64,000 bases of DNA from Chitinophagaceae bacterium (GCA_947456805.1 CANGTN010000005.1:1594-65593), one strand, 5' to 3'. Shown: positions 32,373-42,564, counted from the stretch's first letter. The notes: generated by a model from the sequence alone, not told the origin. Translations and numbers: made by a program.

Positions 32373-32957
32373 TTACAAATTTTTAAGTGCTTGTTTAATT
32401 AATTCCTGTAATTCAATAATCTCAGGGTTTGCTATAATTACTTTTTGAACAGCCTGTTCAGCATTTGCTTTTGCAATACCTAAGCTAACCAAAGCGTTAG
32501 TTGCGTCTCCTCCTATATTAATTGTAGTGGTAGTTGAAAAACTGGTATCCAAATTTTGTTTGCCAAATTTATCTCTCAATTCCACAATCAATCTTTCAGC
32601 GCTTTTTCTACCAATACCTTTAATACTTTCTAATTGTTTGGTATTGCCCTGAACAATAGCACGTGTTATTTCTTCAGGCTTCATTCCACACAACATCATT
32701 CGTGCAGTAGACGTACCAACACCAGATACACTTATCAGTTGCAGAAATAAATCTTTTTCAGACATTTCTGCAAAACCAAATAATGTGTGTGTATTTTCTG
32801 TAATGTGTAAATAGGTAAATAGTTGCCCAGATTCCATATTTACAATACTGCTATAAGTATATAGACTTATTTGCAAATCATATCCTACACCATTTACATC
32901 CACCACTACACGAGCCGGTTGTTTCTGCACAAAATTCCCTCTTACAAATGCTATCAT
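32373..32957 (-). CDS. ruvA: Holliday junction branch-migration complex subunit RuvA
   Basis: 194 aa. MIAFVRGNF..., HhH motifs LISVSGVGTSTARMML and LESIKGIGRKSAERLIVELRDK. Confidence 0.95.
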   Translation of the reverse strand: MIAFVRGNFVQKQPARVVVDVNGVGYDLQISLYTYSSIVNMESGQLFTYLHITENTHTLFGFAEMSEKDLFLQLISVSGVGTSTARMMLCGMKPEEITRAIVQGNTKQLESIKGIGRKSAERLIVELRDKFGKQNLDTSFSTTTTINIGGDATNALVSLGIAKANAEQAVQKVIIANPEIIELQELIKQALKNL

Positions 32958-32971
32958 AAATTACTAATATT

Positions 32972-32979
32972 CAAAAGTA
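32972..32979 (-). promoter_or_regulatory. Candidate -7 box (TACTTTTG on the minus strand) for ruvA(-sprA)
   Basis: Exact TAnnTTTG match on the minus strand, 14 nt upstream of the ruvA ATG. Confidence 0.4.
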
Positions 32980-33103
32980 AGAATTTACACAGTATTTTGC
33001 ATATTAATTTACAGAAAATACAATAACAACAGAAAGAATGGATTTTGATTTTTTTTTCAGATATTTACCCTCATTTTAGCGCTTTTATATTGAAAATAAA
33101 CAC

Positions 33104-34093
33104 ATGAATAAAATTACCGCAGCTATTACCGCTATTGGAGGGTATGTCCCCGAAACCATACTTACGAATGCAGAGTTGGAAAAAATGGTAGATACCAATG
33201 ACGAATGGATCAAAACTCGGACAGGAATTAGTGAAAGAAGAATTTTAAAAGAGCAAGGAAAAGCAACAAGTGATTTAGCTGTTCCTGCTATACAAGAAAT
33301 ATTAACTAAAAAAAACCTAGACCCTTCCGAAATAGACTGTATAGTCTGTGCTACAGTCACACCCGATATGGTTTTTCCTGCTACAGCAAATATTGTTGCA
33401 GATAAATTAGGTGCAGTAAATGCCTGGGGGTTTGATTTAAACGCCGCTTGTAGTGGTTTTTTATATGCACTTACAACCGGTGCTAGTTTCATTGAGAGCG
33501 GAAGGTATAAAAAAGTAATAGTGGTAGGTGCAGACAAGATGAGTGCTATTGTAGATTATACAGATAGAAATACTTGCGTTTTATTTGGCGATGGTGCAGG
33601 AGCTGTATTACTAGAAGCTAATACAGATGGTTTTGGTATTCAGGATAGTTTATTAAAAAGTGATGGCAGCGGAAGAGATTTTCTGCACATGAAAGCGGGG
33701 GGGTCTTTAAAACCGGCAACTATTGAAACCGTTATGGCAAAAGAACATTTTGCATTCCAGGAAGGTAAAACTGTTTTTAAATTTGCTGTAAAAGGAATGG
33801 CGGATGTTAGTGCAGAACTATTAGAAAAAAATAATTTAACAGGTGACGATATTGCATGGCTTGTGCCTCATCAGGCTAATCTGAGAATTATTGATGCAAC
33901 TGCAGATCGTATGGGGATCAGCAAAGAAAAAGTAATGATTAATATTCAGCGATATGGTAATACTACGGCTGCCACTATTCCCTTGTGTTTGTGGGAGTGG
34001 GAAAGCCAATTGAAAAAAGGGGATAACCTTGTTTTTGCTGCATTTGGTGGTGGATTTACCTGGGGTGCAACCTTAGTTAAATGGGCTTATTAA
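33104..34093 (+). CDS. fabH: Beta-ketoacyl-ACP synthase III
   Basis: 329 aa. Active-site Cys context [28 protein letters not shown]. Confidence 0.95.
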   Translation: MNKITAAITAIGGYVPETILTNAELEKMVDTNDEWIKTRTGISERRILKEQGKATSDLAVPAIQEILTKKNLDPSEIDCIVCATVTPDMVFPATANIVADKLGAVNAWGFDLNAACSGFLYALTTGASFIESGRYKKVIVVGADKMSAIVDYTDRNTCVLFGDGAGAVLLEANTDGFGIQDSLLKSDGSGRDFLHMKAGGSLKPATIETVMAKEHFAFQEGKTVFKFAVKGMADVSAELLEKNNLTGDDIAWLVPHQANLRIIDATADRMGISKEKVMINIQRYGNTTAATIPLCLWEWESQLKKGDNLVFAAFGGGFTWGATLVKWAY

Positions 34094-34290
34094 TTATTTG
34101 TATTTCTTGTGAAATTTTGTGAATTTTACTTCAGAGTGTTTTGTCTAAACATTAGCGTATCAAATTTGTTGTAATTGTTGGTATTGATTTCATTTGCCAG
34201 TATTTGTATTTATTCAATTTAACCGAAAGTTGTTTTAAAGTTTTATTTGTAAACTTTTCGAAAACTGCGATCATATAAAATAATCAACAG

Positions 34291-34728
34291 ATGAAAGCTC
34301 CCCTTTTTTTATTAGTCAGCCTTGCTATCTCATTTTTTTCTTTTGCTCAAAAAGATCCTGTGGAGCGTATTTGGATGAGTGCCGAAAAAACTTCAAAAAT
34401 TGAAATATACAAAGCAGTTGATGGAAATTTTTATGGCAAAGTAATTTGGTTAAAAGAGCCTAACGATAAAAAAGGGAAGCCCAAATTAGATGAACAAAAT
34501 AAAGATGAAAAACAAAGAAACCAGCCTATTATGGGTTTGTTGATTATCAAAAAATTCAAGAAAAGTGCAACTGCCAACGAGTACGAAGAAGGCACTGTAT
34601 ACGATTCTAATAATGGTAAAACTTATTGCGCAAAACTTACCTTAAAAGGCAAGGAACTTAAACTACACGGATATATTTGTGGCTATACTTGGTTAGGAAG
34701 AAGTACAACTTGGAGTTTGGTTGAATAA
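34291..34728 (+). CDS. DUF2147 domain-containing secreted protein
   Basis: 145 aa. Signal peptide. Pattern IW......KIEIYK...G.FYGKVIWL...D..N.D...R..P..GL.I...F....EG.VYDS.NGKTY..KLTLKG..L.L.GY. Confidence 0.65.
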   Translation: MKAPLFLLVSLAISFFSFAQKDPVERIWMSAEKTSKIEIYKAVDGNFYGKVIWLKEPNDKKGKPKLDEQNKDEKQRNQPIMGLLIIKKFKKSATANEYEEGTVYDSNNGKTYCAKLTLKGKELKLHGYICGYTWLGRSTTWSLVE

Positions 34729-34741
34729 AATTGGTAAATTG

Positions 34742-34972
34742 TTACAACAATCGGTCAATCTTCTTCGCTAATTCTTGATCTTTTTGGGTAACAACATTGC
34801 CGGCATCGTGGGTTTGAAGCCATATTTCAACAGTATTCCAAACATTACTCCAGTAAGGATGATGATTCATTTTTTCTGCTTCAATGGCAACTCTTGTCAT
34901 AAATGCAAATGCTTCTGAAAAATTCTTAAACTCAAATTTTTTATAGAGCTGATTGTTTTCTTCTGTCCACAT
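34742..34972 (-). CDS. 4a-hydroxytetrahydrobiopterin dehydratase (pterin-4-alpha-carbinolamine dehydratase)
   Basis: 76 aa. [39 protein letters not shown] is the PCD signature. Confidence 0.8.
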   Translation of the reverse strand: MWTEENNQLYKKFEFKNFSEAFAFMTRVAIEAEKMNHHPYWSNVWNTVEIWLQTHDAGNVVTQKDQELAKKIDRLL

Positions 34973-34992
34973 ATTTTTTTATAAAGTAGTTT

Positions 34993-35427
34993 TTAAAAAA
35001 CCATGTTCCCCTTGTTCTTAATTTGTTCAATATTTAGTTCCGCTACCATTTGAACGCCGGTTACATTTTTGATAGCTTGTTTTATCCAATCGCATTTTTC
35101 ATCATCTACCCAATCGCCTTTCATTAGCCACAAAAAGTCGATATGCTTAAACTCCGGCAACAAATACTCTCCATCGTATTGATTGTGGTATAAATAATGT
35201 ACCAAAAAACTATTGGCTTCTTGCCATTCGTAAATATTAAAAAAGTAGTGGCGTTCTTTTTTCTTCACATGAATTTCATTTTCGGGATTTAACCGAAAGT
35301 GAAAGCCCATCATTTTATTCAGTTGCCAACACAATTGAAAATTTTTCAAAGGCGCTGTAATGCCTAGTAGTCTTGTTGTTTCAAAGAAGTCATCATTAAG
35401 TGAATCTATGTCTAATTTTAACTTCAT
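34993..35427 (-). CDS. IPExxxVDY-family protein (Bacteroidota-specific, function unknown)
   Basis: 144 aa. LLGITAPLKNFQLCWQLN... and LLPEFKHIDFLWLMKG correspond to the family motif as I recall it. Confidence 0.5.
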   Translation of the reverse strand: MKLKLDIDSLNDDFFETTRLLGITAPLKNFQLCWQLNKMMGFHFRLNPENEIHVKKKERHYFFNIYEWQEANSFLVHYLYHNQYDGEYLLPEFKHIDFLWLMKGDWVDDEKCDWIKQAIKNVTGVQMVAELNIEQIKNKGNMVF

Positions 35428-35474
35428 GGTTCAATTAATTATAAAAATGGTTGCAGAGAAATAAAAAATAAAAT

Positions 35475-37130
35475 TTAAAAAATGATATCAAATGTTTTTT
35501 CTGAATCACCACGTTTTATTTTCAATTGAGTGGCATCACCTTTTTTAAACTTACTCAACGTTTGCATATAACTCATTACATCTACAAATTTATATTCGCC
35601 CATTTGCAAAATAATATCACCTGTTTGCAAACCAATTTTTTCTGCTAATTTACCCATACTAATTCCATCAACCTTTACGCCTGTTCCGTTGTAGCCATAA
35701 TCGGGAATGATGCCCAAGCTTACTGTAAACTTACTTTTCCCTATTTGAGGTTCAGCAGTTTTTGTAAATATTAACTTCCCTTTCTTGTCTGTAATTTCAA
35801 TAATTTGATACGTGTATTCAACAATATTTTTTAATGCTTGATAATTAATTTTCTCCCAATCATCTGTAGCCTTATGATAATCAGGATGACTGCCGGTGAA
35901 GAAAAACAATACAGGAATATTTGCTCTGTAAAATGTAGCATGATCACTTGGTCCGCTGCCGGTACTATCAAATTTTACAGCTAATTTACTAGTCATGTTT
36001 TTGCTGAAAACATCACCCCAAACAGGAGATGTTCCATAACCACCAATAGTAAGTTTATGTGCAGTGTCATATCTGCCAACCATATCCATATTAATCATGT
36101 AGTTGGGTGTAATCTGAATACTGGGATTCTCTATCCAGTGCTTGCTGCCAAAGAGTCCTAGCTCTTCACCGCTAAAATGAATAAAGAGATAATTATTATT
36201 TTTTGTTCCTGATTGTTTCAACTTTTTTGCAAGTTCAATCACAGCTGCAGTTCCGCTTGCGTTGTCATCCGCACCATTATGAATTACATGTCCTGTATCT
36301 AAAGCGTTTTTATCTTCTCCAAAACCCAAGTGGTCATAATGTGCTCCAATTATAACTGTATTTGTTGCCTTATTATCTATAAATGCGATTATATTTTTTC
36401 CGTTTCGTATGTGTTCTTCTATTACTACCTCCAATTCTATCTCAATCGTAGCCGATAAGTCTTTTAAAAACTTTTTTTGTCCCGCAGCTGTGATAAAAAT
36501 TAATGGTATTTCGGTAGAAGCACTTTTGTCATTTTTGTTAAATAGAATATTGTCAGTTATTGTAGTTGAATTGAAGACAAATAAAGCAGTTGCACCCTTT
36601 TTTGCAACCATTGTAGTTTGTTGTTTAAGAAATGATTCAATATCAAAATGCGGATTAGATTTATTAGTTTCCAAAACATCTTTCAAATCAAAAAACCATG
36701 GCTGATTGGCTTCATTCAATGCAATCGCTGGCATTCCTTGTACTTTCCCATTTTTGCTATTTGCAAGCGGAAAAAAATCTGTTTCTACAATTGCTGAAAC
36801 CTGATTGATTTTTAAAAATGTGTTGGATGCAATTTGTTTGCCTTCGTTAATTTCAAAGCTTTGGACATAGCCTTTTGTTCCTTTGGCTTCAATTCCATTT
36901 GTGGCATACTGATTTGCAATATAATTCATGGCAATTGTTTCTCCTTTAGTACCTGTGCGTCTGCCTTCAAGGCTGTCTGCTGCTAAGTATTGTACATGGT
37001 TTTGCAGGTTGTTGACTAATACAATTGCAGACTTTTGATCTGCTTCCATCAACAATTTTAATTTCTTCTTTTTACTTTGTGCATTGATGCTTGCAGGAAG
37101 TATCAATAAAAACAGTATCCATTTATACAT
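35475..37130 (-). CDS. M28-family aminopeptidase with PA domain and C-terminal PDZ domain
   Basis: Metal ligands and catalytic motifs HYDHLG, GADDNASG, SGEELGLFGS, NMDMVG, PSDH. PDZ-like GVKVDGISMGKLAEKIGLQTGDIILQMG. The track ORF extends to 37229, but the signal peptide starts at M34 (MYKWILFLLILPASINAQ, ATG at 37130) and a -7 box lies inside the extension. Confidence 0.85.
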   Translation of the reverse strand: MYKWILFLLILPASINAQSKKKKLKLLMEADQKSAIVLVNNLQNHVQYLAADSLEGRRTGTKGETIAMNYIANQYATNGIEAKGTKGYVQSFEINEGKQIASNTFLKINQVSAIVETDFFPLANSKNGKVQGMPAIALNEANQPWFFDLKDVLETNKSNPHFDIESFLKQQTTMVAKKGATALFVFNSTTITDNILFNKNDKSASTEIPLIFITAAGQKKFLKDLSATIEIELEVVIEEHIRNGKNIIAFIDNKATNTVIIGAHYDHLGFGEDKNALDTGHVIHNGADDNASGTAAVIELAKKLKQSGTKNNNYLFIHFSGEELGLFGSKHWIENPSIQITPNYMINMDMVGRYDTAHKLTIGGYGTSPVWGDVFSKNMTSKLAVKFDSTGSGPSDHATFYRANIPVLFFFTGSHPDYHKATDDWEKINYQALKNIVEYTYQIIEITDKKGKLIFTKTAEPQIGKSKFTVSLGIIPDYGYNGTGVKVDGISMGKLAEKIGLQTGDIILQMGEYKFVDVMSYMQTLSKFKKGDATQLKIKRGDSEKTFDIIF

Positions 37131-37144
37131 GAAAGCAATTTGTA

Positions 37145-37152
37145 CAAAAATA
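37145..37152 (-). promoter_or_regulatory. Candidate -7 box (TATTTTTG, minus strand) for the M28 peptidase gene
   Basis: Exact TAnnTTTG match on the minus strand, 14 nt upstream of the ATG at 37130. Confidence 0.4.
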
Positions 37153-37239
37153 AGTATTAACCAATCTTCAAAAATATAGTAAATTAACTTGTTTCTTATT
37201 CTCTTCCTAATATCGTAACCAAGTACCAAACTGCACTTT

Positions 37240-37247
37240 TACATTTG
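37240..37247 (+). promoter_or_regulatory. Candidate -7 box (TACATTTG) for feoB
   Basis: TTTTACATTTG lies 12 nt upstream of the ATG at 37260. It falls inside the TTG-extended track ORF (37245), which argues for the ATG start. Confidence 0.45.
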
Positions 37248-37259
37248 TTGCTATTCAAC

Positions 37260-39377
37260 ATGTCAACTACAAAAAATTTCAATATCGCATTAGTAGGCAA
37301 TCCTAATTGTGGGAAGAGCACTTTATTCAACACACTTACAGGATTGCACCAAAAAACGGGAAATTTTCCGGGTGTTACTGTTGAGAAAAAAACGGGAACA
37401 ATTTTATTTCAAGACAATCATTCGGCAACATTAATTGATTTACCCGGCACTTATTCATTATACCCAAGACGTTCGGATGAGTGGGTAGCCTATAAAGTGC
37501 TGATGCATAATGATGTTGAAATTACTGCCGATGTTGTTTTGCTGGTGGTAGATGCTAGTAACTTAAAAAGAAATTTACTTTTTTGTACGCAAATTTTAGA
37601 CCTTCATATTCCTGTTGTTGTAGCATTAAGCATGAATGACATTGCTGCAAAAAAAGGAATCAAAATTGAAATTCAAGGATTAGAATCAGAGTTGGGTGTT
37701 CCGGTGATTGAGGTGAACCCAAGAAAGAACAGAGGATTGGTGCAGCTGAAAAAAATGTTACAGTTAGTAGCCAATCAGCCAAAGAAAAAGCCACAAAGAG
37801 ATTTTATTGATAATAAAAATTTAGCGCCGCAGAGTATTGAGCAAATGCAAAATTTAATGCCAATGCTTAATGAATATACCAGCATTCATTATCTTATCAA
37901 TTATCAGGCATTTTCTTTGGATGAGGATATACAAAAGGCAATTGAAAAAATAGAAGCATCTACCAAATTTAATCCCACCAAAACCCAGGCAGAAGAAGTG
38001 CTTCAGCGATACCAACGCATTAAAGTGATTATGCAACAACATATAGTAGAACCTGACCCGTTGGAGCAAAAATTATTTACAGACAAACTTGATGATTTGC
38101 TGCTGCACAAGACATGGGGTTACTTAATCTTGCTCGTAGTTTTATTCTTTTTATTTCAAAGTGTATTTTGGATTGCTCAATATCCTATGGATGGAATTGA
38201 ATCTATATTTAAACATATTGGTACTTATTTAAATCACCATTTGCCCGAAGCTTGGTGGAGCAACCTATTGATAAATGGTTTTGTTGCAGGGCTAAGTGGA
38301 ATATTGGTTTTTGTTCCTCAGATTATGATCTTATTTGGGTTGATTACCATTTTAGAAGACACCGGCTACATGGCAAGAATCAGCTTTTTAAGCGACAGAT
38401 TAATGCGTAAAGTTGGGCTAAATGGAAAGAGCGTAATGCCTATGATTAGTGGTTTTGCTTGTGCTGTTCCTGCTATCATGAGTACAAGAAATATTGAAAA
38501 TAAAAAGGAAAGATTGCTTACAATTTTGGTTACCCCACTAATGAGTTGCAGTGCAAGGTTACCCGTATATACCATTTTAATTTCATTGGTTATACCATCT
38601 CAATATTACTTTGGATTTTTAAGTTTGCAAGGATTGGTGATGATGGCTTTATATTTATTGGGCACTGTAATGGCTTTGGTTGTGAGTTTTGTATTAAAGC
38701 ATTTTATAAAAACAAATGAAAAAAGTTTTTTCATTTTAGAACTGCCAATTTACAGAAATCCACGTTGGAAAAATGTAGTCATTACAATGGTAAGTAAAGC
38801 CAAAATATTTGTTACAGATGCAGGTAAAGTAATCATGATAATCAGTTTGCTGTTGTGGTTTTTAAGCAATTTTGGGCCTGGAGAAAACATAAAAAATGTA
38901 CAGTCAAAATATACAGCAGTAGCTCAACAATTTCCCAATGCAATTGATTCTGTACAAAGACAATTGAACATTGAAAAATTACAGCATTCTTATGCTGGTA
39001 TTTTAGGAAAAGTGATAGAACCGGTTATCCGCCCACTTGGTTATGATTGGAAAATTGGCATTGCAATCATTACTTCATTTGCGGCAAGAGAAGTGTTTGT
39101 GGGCACAATGGCAACACTGTACAGTGTAGAAGAAAATGAAGATTCATTACTTCGTGAAAAAATGAAATCGGCTACTCATGCCGATGGAAGCCCTGTATAT
39201 ACTTTGGCTGCCGGATTATCTTTAATGGTATTTTATGTTTTGGCAATGCAATGTATGAGCACATTAGCCGTTGTAAAACGAGAAACAAAATCTTGGAGAT
39301 GGCCACTGTTTCAATTGTTATACATGACTACACTTGCTTACTTGATGAGCTGGAGTATATATCAACTTTTTAGTTAA
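37260..39377 (+). CDS. feoB: Ferrous iron transporter FeoB (G-domain + permease; no fused FeoA)
   Basis: G1 motif GNPNCGKST, plus DLPGTYSL. Polytopic C-terminal domain with the gate-motif region GFACAVPAIMSTR. Confidence 0.9.
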   Translation: MSTTKNFNIALVGNPNCGKSTLFNTLTGLHQKTGNFPGVTVEKKTGTILFQDNHSATLIDLPGTYSLYPRRSDEWVAYKVLMHNDVEITADVVLLVVDASNLKRNLLFCTQILDLHIPVVVALSMNDIAAKKGIKIEIQGLESELGVPVIEVNPRKNRGLVQLKKMLQLVANQPKKKPQRDFIDNKNLAPQSIEQMQNLMPMLNEYTSIHYLINYQAFSLDEDIQKAIEKIEASTKFNPTKTQAEEVLQRYQRIKVIMQQHIVEPDPLEQKLFTDKLDDLLLHKTWGYLILLVVLFFLFQSVFWIAQYPMDGIESIFKHIGTYLNHHLPEAWWSNLLINGFVAGLSGILVFVPQIMILFGLITILEDTGYMARISFLSDRLMRKVGLNGKSVMPMISGFACAVPAIMSTRNIENKKERLLTILVTPLMSCSARLPVYTILISLVIPSQYYFGFLSLQGLVMMALYLLGTVMALVVSFVLKHFIKTNEKSFFILELPIYRNPRWKNVVITMVSKAKIFVTDAGKVIMIISLLLWFLSNFGPGENIKNVQSKYTAVAQQFPNAIDSVQRQLNIEKLQHSYAGILGKVIEPVIRPLGYDWKIGIAIITSFAAREVFVGTMATLYSVEENEDSLLREKMKSATHADGSPVYTLAAGLSLMVFYVLAMQCMSTLAVVKRETKSWRWPLFQLLYMTTLAYLMSWSIYQLFS

Positions 39378-39401
39378 GCAAAGTGTATTTAAAAATTAAT
39401 T

Positions 39402-39434
39402 GATACAAAAACTATCCCTTTCATGGTTTGTATC
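39402..39434. repeat. 8-bp inverted repeat GATACAAA-N17-TTTGTATC between convergent feoB and leuS (possible weak bidirectional terminator)
   Basis: Read directly. The large loop and lack of a clean U-tract make a terminator assignment weak. Confidence 0.3.
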
Positions 39435-39489
39435 CTCATGAATCAAACTATATTTTTTTGACCATTTCTTCTGTGAGAATAAATAAAAA

Positions 39490-42291
39490 CTATACTACTA
39501 TATTAATCATTTTATTTTTTACAAAAATAATTTTCTTGGGTTGTTTGCCTTCTAACCATTTTTGTACAACATCATTTGCGAGTAAAATAGGCTCAATATC
39601 TTTTTGCTCTGCATCTAATGGAAAGGTAAGTGTGGTGCGCATTTTACCATTAATACTTACCGGATATTCTTTATCGCTTTCGGTAGTATAATTGGCATTG
39701 TAAACTGGATAGGTTGCATCTAAAATGCTCGTGTGATTACCAACTGCCGCCCATAATTCTTCTGCGATATGTGGTGCATAAGGTGCTAATAAAATCAACA
39801 CTTGTTCTAACACTTCTTTCTTATGACATTTTAAATCTGCCAGCTCATTGATACAAACCATGAATGCAGAAACAGCTGTATTGTAAGAAAAGCGTTCGGT
39901 ATCGTCATCAATTTTTTTGATGGTTTTATGTAGAGCTTTTAATTCTTCCGGAGTTGCTTTTTCATTGTTCCAAATGGCTTTTCCTTCAATAGGTTGATTG
40001 TCTTTAAAAGTAACTTCGCTATAAAATAAACGCCATAGTTTTTTCAGGAAACGATGCACGCCTTCAATTCCTTTGGTATCCCATGGTTTGCTTTGTTCTA
40101 TTGGTCCTAAAAACATTTCGTACATGCGAAATGTATCGGCGCCAAATTTTTCAACAACATCATCAGGGTTGTCTACATTGAATTTTGACTTAGACATTTT
40201 TTCAGACTCTTCAATAACATATATAAACTCGTCACCTTTTTCATCTTTTAGCCATTCGCCAATTGAATACAATGGCTCATCAATTAACCCTTCTTTGATT
40301 TTTTTTTCAAAAATATTTTGATACAATCTATTAGAACTATCTACAAATTGATGTCCATATTTTAATCTTAGTTTTACATTGTATTCTTTTCCTTTTTCAA
40401 CTGATACAATTTGATGTGTTCCGTTTTCCAGAATTGCAGTTCCAAAGAAGTAAGACTTCCCGGTTATCATTCCCTGATTCAACAGCTTCTTAAATGGTTC
40501 GTCAAAACCGATGTAACCTAGGTCGTACAATACTTTCGTCCACATACGGCTGTATAATAAATGCCCCACAGCATGTTCCGTACCACCAATATATACATCC
40601 ACACTATTCCAGTAATCGCTCACATTTCTGTCAACCAAAGTTTCATTATTATGAGGATCCATATAACGTAAAAAATACCATGACGACCCAGCATAACCGG
40701 GCATTGTACTAGTTTCTCTTTTGCCTTGTGGCGTGTTAATCCACTCGTTAATATTTGCTAGAGGCCCTTCACCTTCAGGACCCGGACCATATTTTTGTAC
40801 ATGTGGTAATTGTAATGGCAATTCATTTTCCTGCAAAGGTTTTGCAATACCGTTTTCCCAAATTATAGGAAATGGCTCACCCCAATAACGCTGCCTGCTG
40901 AAGCCTGCGTCTCTCATTTTAAAATTTACTTTTCGTTTGCCGATTCCCATCTTTTCGATCTTTGAAATAGCAATACCAATTGCATCTTTCATCAATAGTC
41001 CATTTAAAAAACCACTGTTTTCTAAAATAGCTTCTTTGGTTGGATTGGCAGCTGTACCATCGAAATGTTTTCCGATTATATTGGTAATGGGAATATTAAA
41101 ATGTTGGGCAAATTTAAAATCACGTTCATCGCCACAAGGCACAGCCATAATTGCTCCTGTGCCATAACCTGCTAAAACATATTCACTAATCCAGATAGGA
41201 ATTTGTTTGCCATTAAAAGGATTGATTGCATAAGCACCGGTAAATACCCCTGTTATTTTTTTCTCAGCCTGACGTTCTCTGTCACTTTTGCTTTTTACAT
41301 ACACGATGTAATCCTGAACTGCTTTTTTTTGATTGTTGGTTGTAATACTTTCTATCAACTCATGTTCAGGTGCAACCACCATAAAATCTACACCGAAGAT
41401 GGTATCGGGGCGGGTGGTGTAAACATTGATGTTGAATGTGGTATGTTGAATGTTAAATGCAATCTCCGCACCTTCACTTTTGCCAATCCAGTTGCGTTGC
41501 ATTTCTTTCATACTATCGCTGAAATCCACTGTTTCCAGACCTTGCAGCAATCTATCGGCATAAGCAGTAATCCGTAAATACCATTGACGCATTTTCTTTT
41601 TTATTACCGGATGTCCGCCACGCTCACTTACTCCATTTACCACTTCGTCATTTGCCAAAACAGTTCCCAATGCTTCGCACCAGTTAACTTCTCCATACGA
41701 TGAAAAAGCCAACCTACGTTTCATTAGAATATCTTCTTTTTCGGCTTCGGAAAAAGCATTCCATTGTTCGGCTGAAAAGCTGCTACCACCTTTGTTTTCG
41801 TATTTTTTTACCAATTCTGAAATAGGTTTGGCTTGCTTACAACTATTGCAGAAATAGCTGTTGAATAATTCTAAAAATATTTTTTGTGTCCATTTGTAAT
41901 AGTTGGGGTCGCTAGTTTGTACTTCACGTTCCCAATCGTAACAAAAACCAATTTTATCTAATTGATTTTTGAAAGTAGCAATATTTTTTTTTGTGGTTTC
42001 AGCGGGATGTTGACCCGTTTCAATTGCGTATTGTTCAGCAGGTAACCCAAAGCTGTCAAAACCCATAGGATGCAATACATTAAATCCTTTCAGCCTTTTG
42101 TAACGACTATAGATATCGCTGGCAATATAGCCTAACGGATGTCCTACATGTAAGCCTGCACCACTTGGATAAGGAAACATATCCAACACATAAAACTTTG
42201 GTTTGGAACTTTGATTGGATACCTGATAGGATTTATCTCCTTTCCATTTTTGTTGCCATTTTTTTTCGATATCTCTGAAACGATAGTCCAT
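39490..42291 (-). CDS. leuS: Leucine--tRNA ligase
   Basis: 933 aa. HIGH motif GLHVGHPLGY, KMSKS motif KMSKSKFN, editing (CP1) domain in between. Confidence 0.95.
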   Translation of the reverse strand: MDYRFRDIEKKWQQKWKGDKSYQVSNQSSKPKFYVLDMFPYPSGAGLHVGHPLGYIASDIYSRYKRLKGFNVLHPMGFDSFGLPAEQYAIETGQHPAETTKKNIATFKNQLDKIGFCYDWEREVQTSDPNYYKWTQKIFLELFNSYFCNSCKQAKPISELVKKYENKGGSSFSAEQWNAFSEAEKEDILMKRRLAFSSYGEVNWCEALGTVLANDEVVNGVSERGGHPVIKKKMRQWYLRITAYADRLLQGLETVDFSDSMKEMQRNWIGKSEGAEIAFNIQHTTFNINVYTTRPDTIFGVDFMVVAPEHELIESITTNNQKKAVQDYIVYVKSKSDRERQAEKKITGVFTGAYAINPFNGKQIPIWISEYVLAGYGTGAIMAVPCGDERDFKFAQHFNIPITNIIGKHFDGTAANPTKEAILENSGFLNGLLMKDAIGIAISKIEKMGIGKRKVNFKMRDAGFSRQRYWGEPFPIIWENGIAKPLQENELPLQLPHVQKYGPGPEGEGPLANINEWINTPQGKRETSTMPGYAGSSWYFLRYMDPHNNETLVDRNVSDYWNSVDVYIGGTEHAVGHLLYSRMWTKVLYDLGYIGFDEPFKKLLNQGMITGKSYFFGTAILENGTHQIVSVEKGKEYNVKLRLKYGHQFVDSSNRLYQNIFEKKIKEGLIDEPLYSIGEWLKDEKGDEFIYVIEESEKMSKSKFNVDNPDDVVEKFGADTFRMYEMFLGPIEQSKPWDTKGIEGVHRFLKKLWRLFYSEVTFKDNQPIEGKAIWNNEKATPEELKALHKTIKKIDDDTERFSYNTAVSAFMVCINELADLKCHKKEVLEQVLILLAPYAPHIAEELWAAVGNHTSILDATYPVYNANYTTESDKEYPVSINGKMRTTLTFPLDAEQKDIEPILLANDVVQKWLEGKQPKKIIFVKNKMINIVV

Positions 42292-42564
42292 TTTATAAGA
42301 ATTTTTTTATGCGAATTGTCCGGAAATTAAAATCACAGTTTTTGCAATTTCGTACATTTTTATTTTTTTAATGAAGCAACTTAGCAATACTATTTTGATT
42401 GGCTATGTTGTGAATGTACAAATGTGCGTCGCCGAGAACGTTGAACTAACTGATAAAGGCGGTTTAAAAAAATAAGATGTCAATTAAAATCGATATAACA
42501 TTTTCTTAACCATGAACTTATTAGATTGCCTAAAGTATCTGATTATTTCATTGTTTTCGTGTGT

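Noticed and set aside
33085-33537. 150-aa ORF antisense to the 5' end of fabH. Similar long antisense ORFs lie at 41203-41577, 43061-43441, 48281-48649, 49578-50039 and 56628-57065.
   Set aside because: All lie fully inside well-supported genes on the opposite strand. They have low-complexity or hydrophobic shadow-frame composition and no recognisable motifs or promoter boxes. I treat them as shadow ORFs.
35475-37229. N-terminal extensions in the ORF track: M28 peptidase to 37229, feoB from 37245, ftsX from 42579, MFS from 44736, Hcy-methyltransferase to 50700, Ig-like protein to 54205, SRPBCC from 57434, response regulator from 14300.
   Set aside because: The extensions start at TTG or at upstream ATGs. 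They add unrelated residues ahead of clear signal peptides or conserved N-termini, and in several cases they swallow a consensus -7 box. I report the downstream ATG starts instead. This is an annotation artefact, not biology.
37260-39377. FeoB without a FeoA domain or an adjacent feoA gene.
   Set aside because: I could not find a small SH3-like ORF in either flank. However, feoA can be encoded elsewhere or be dispensable, and absence within one window is not informative.
42325-42345. GTCCGGAA (about 42328) and TTCCGGAAG (about 62922) resemble the conserved SRP RNA core. I also considered tRNA, tmRNA or 6S genes in the larger spacers.
   Set aside because: Only a 7-8 nt match, with no flanking GGAAGCAGC-type helix-8 sequence or complementary stem. 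The spacers are AT-rich with no cloverleaf-capable GC stems. I could support no RNA gene.
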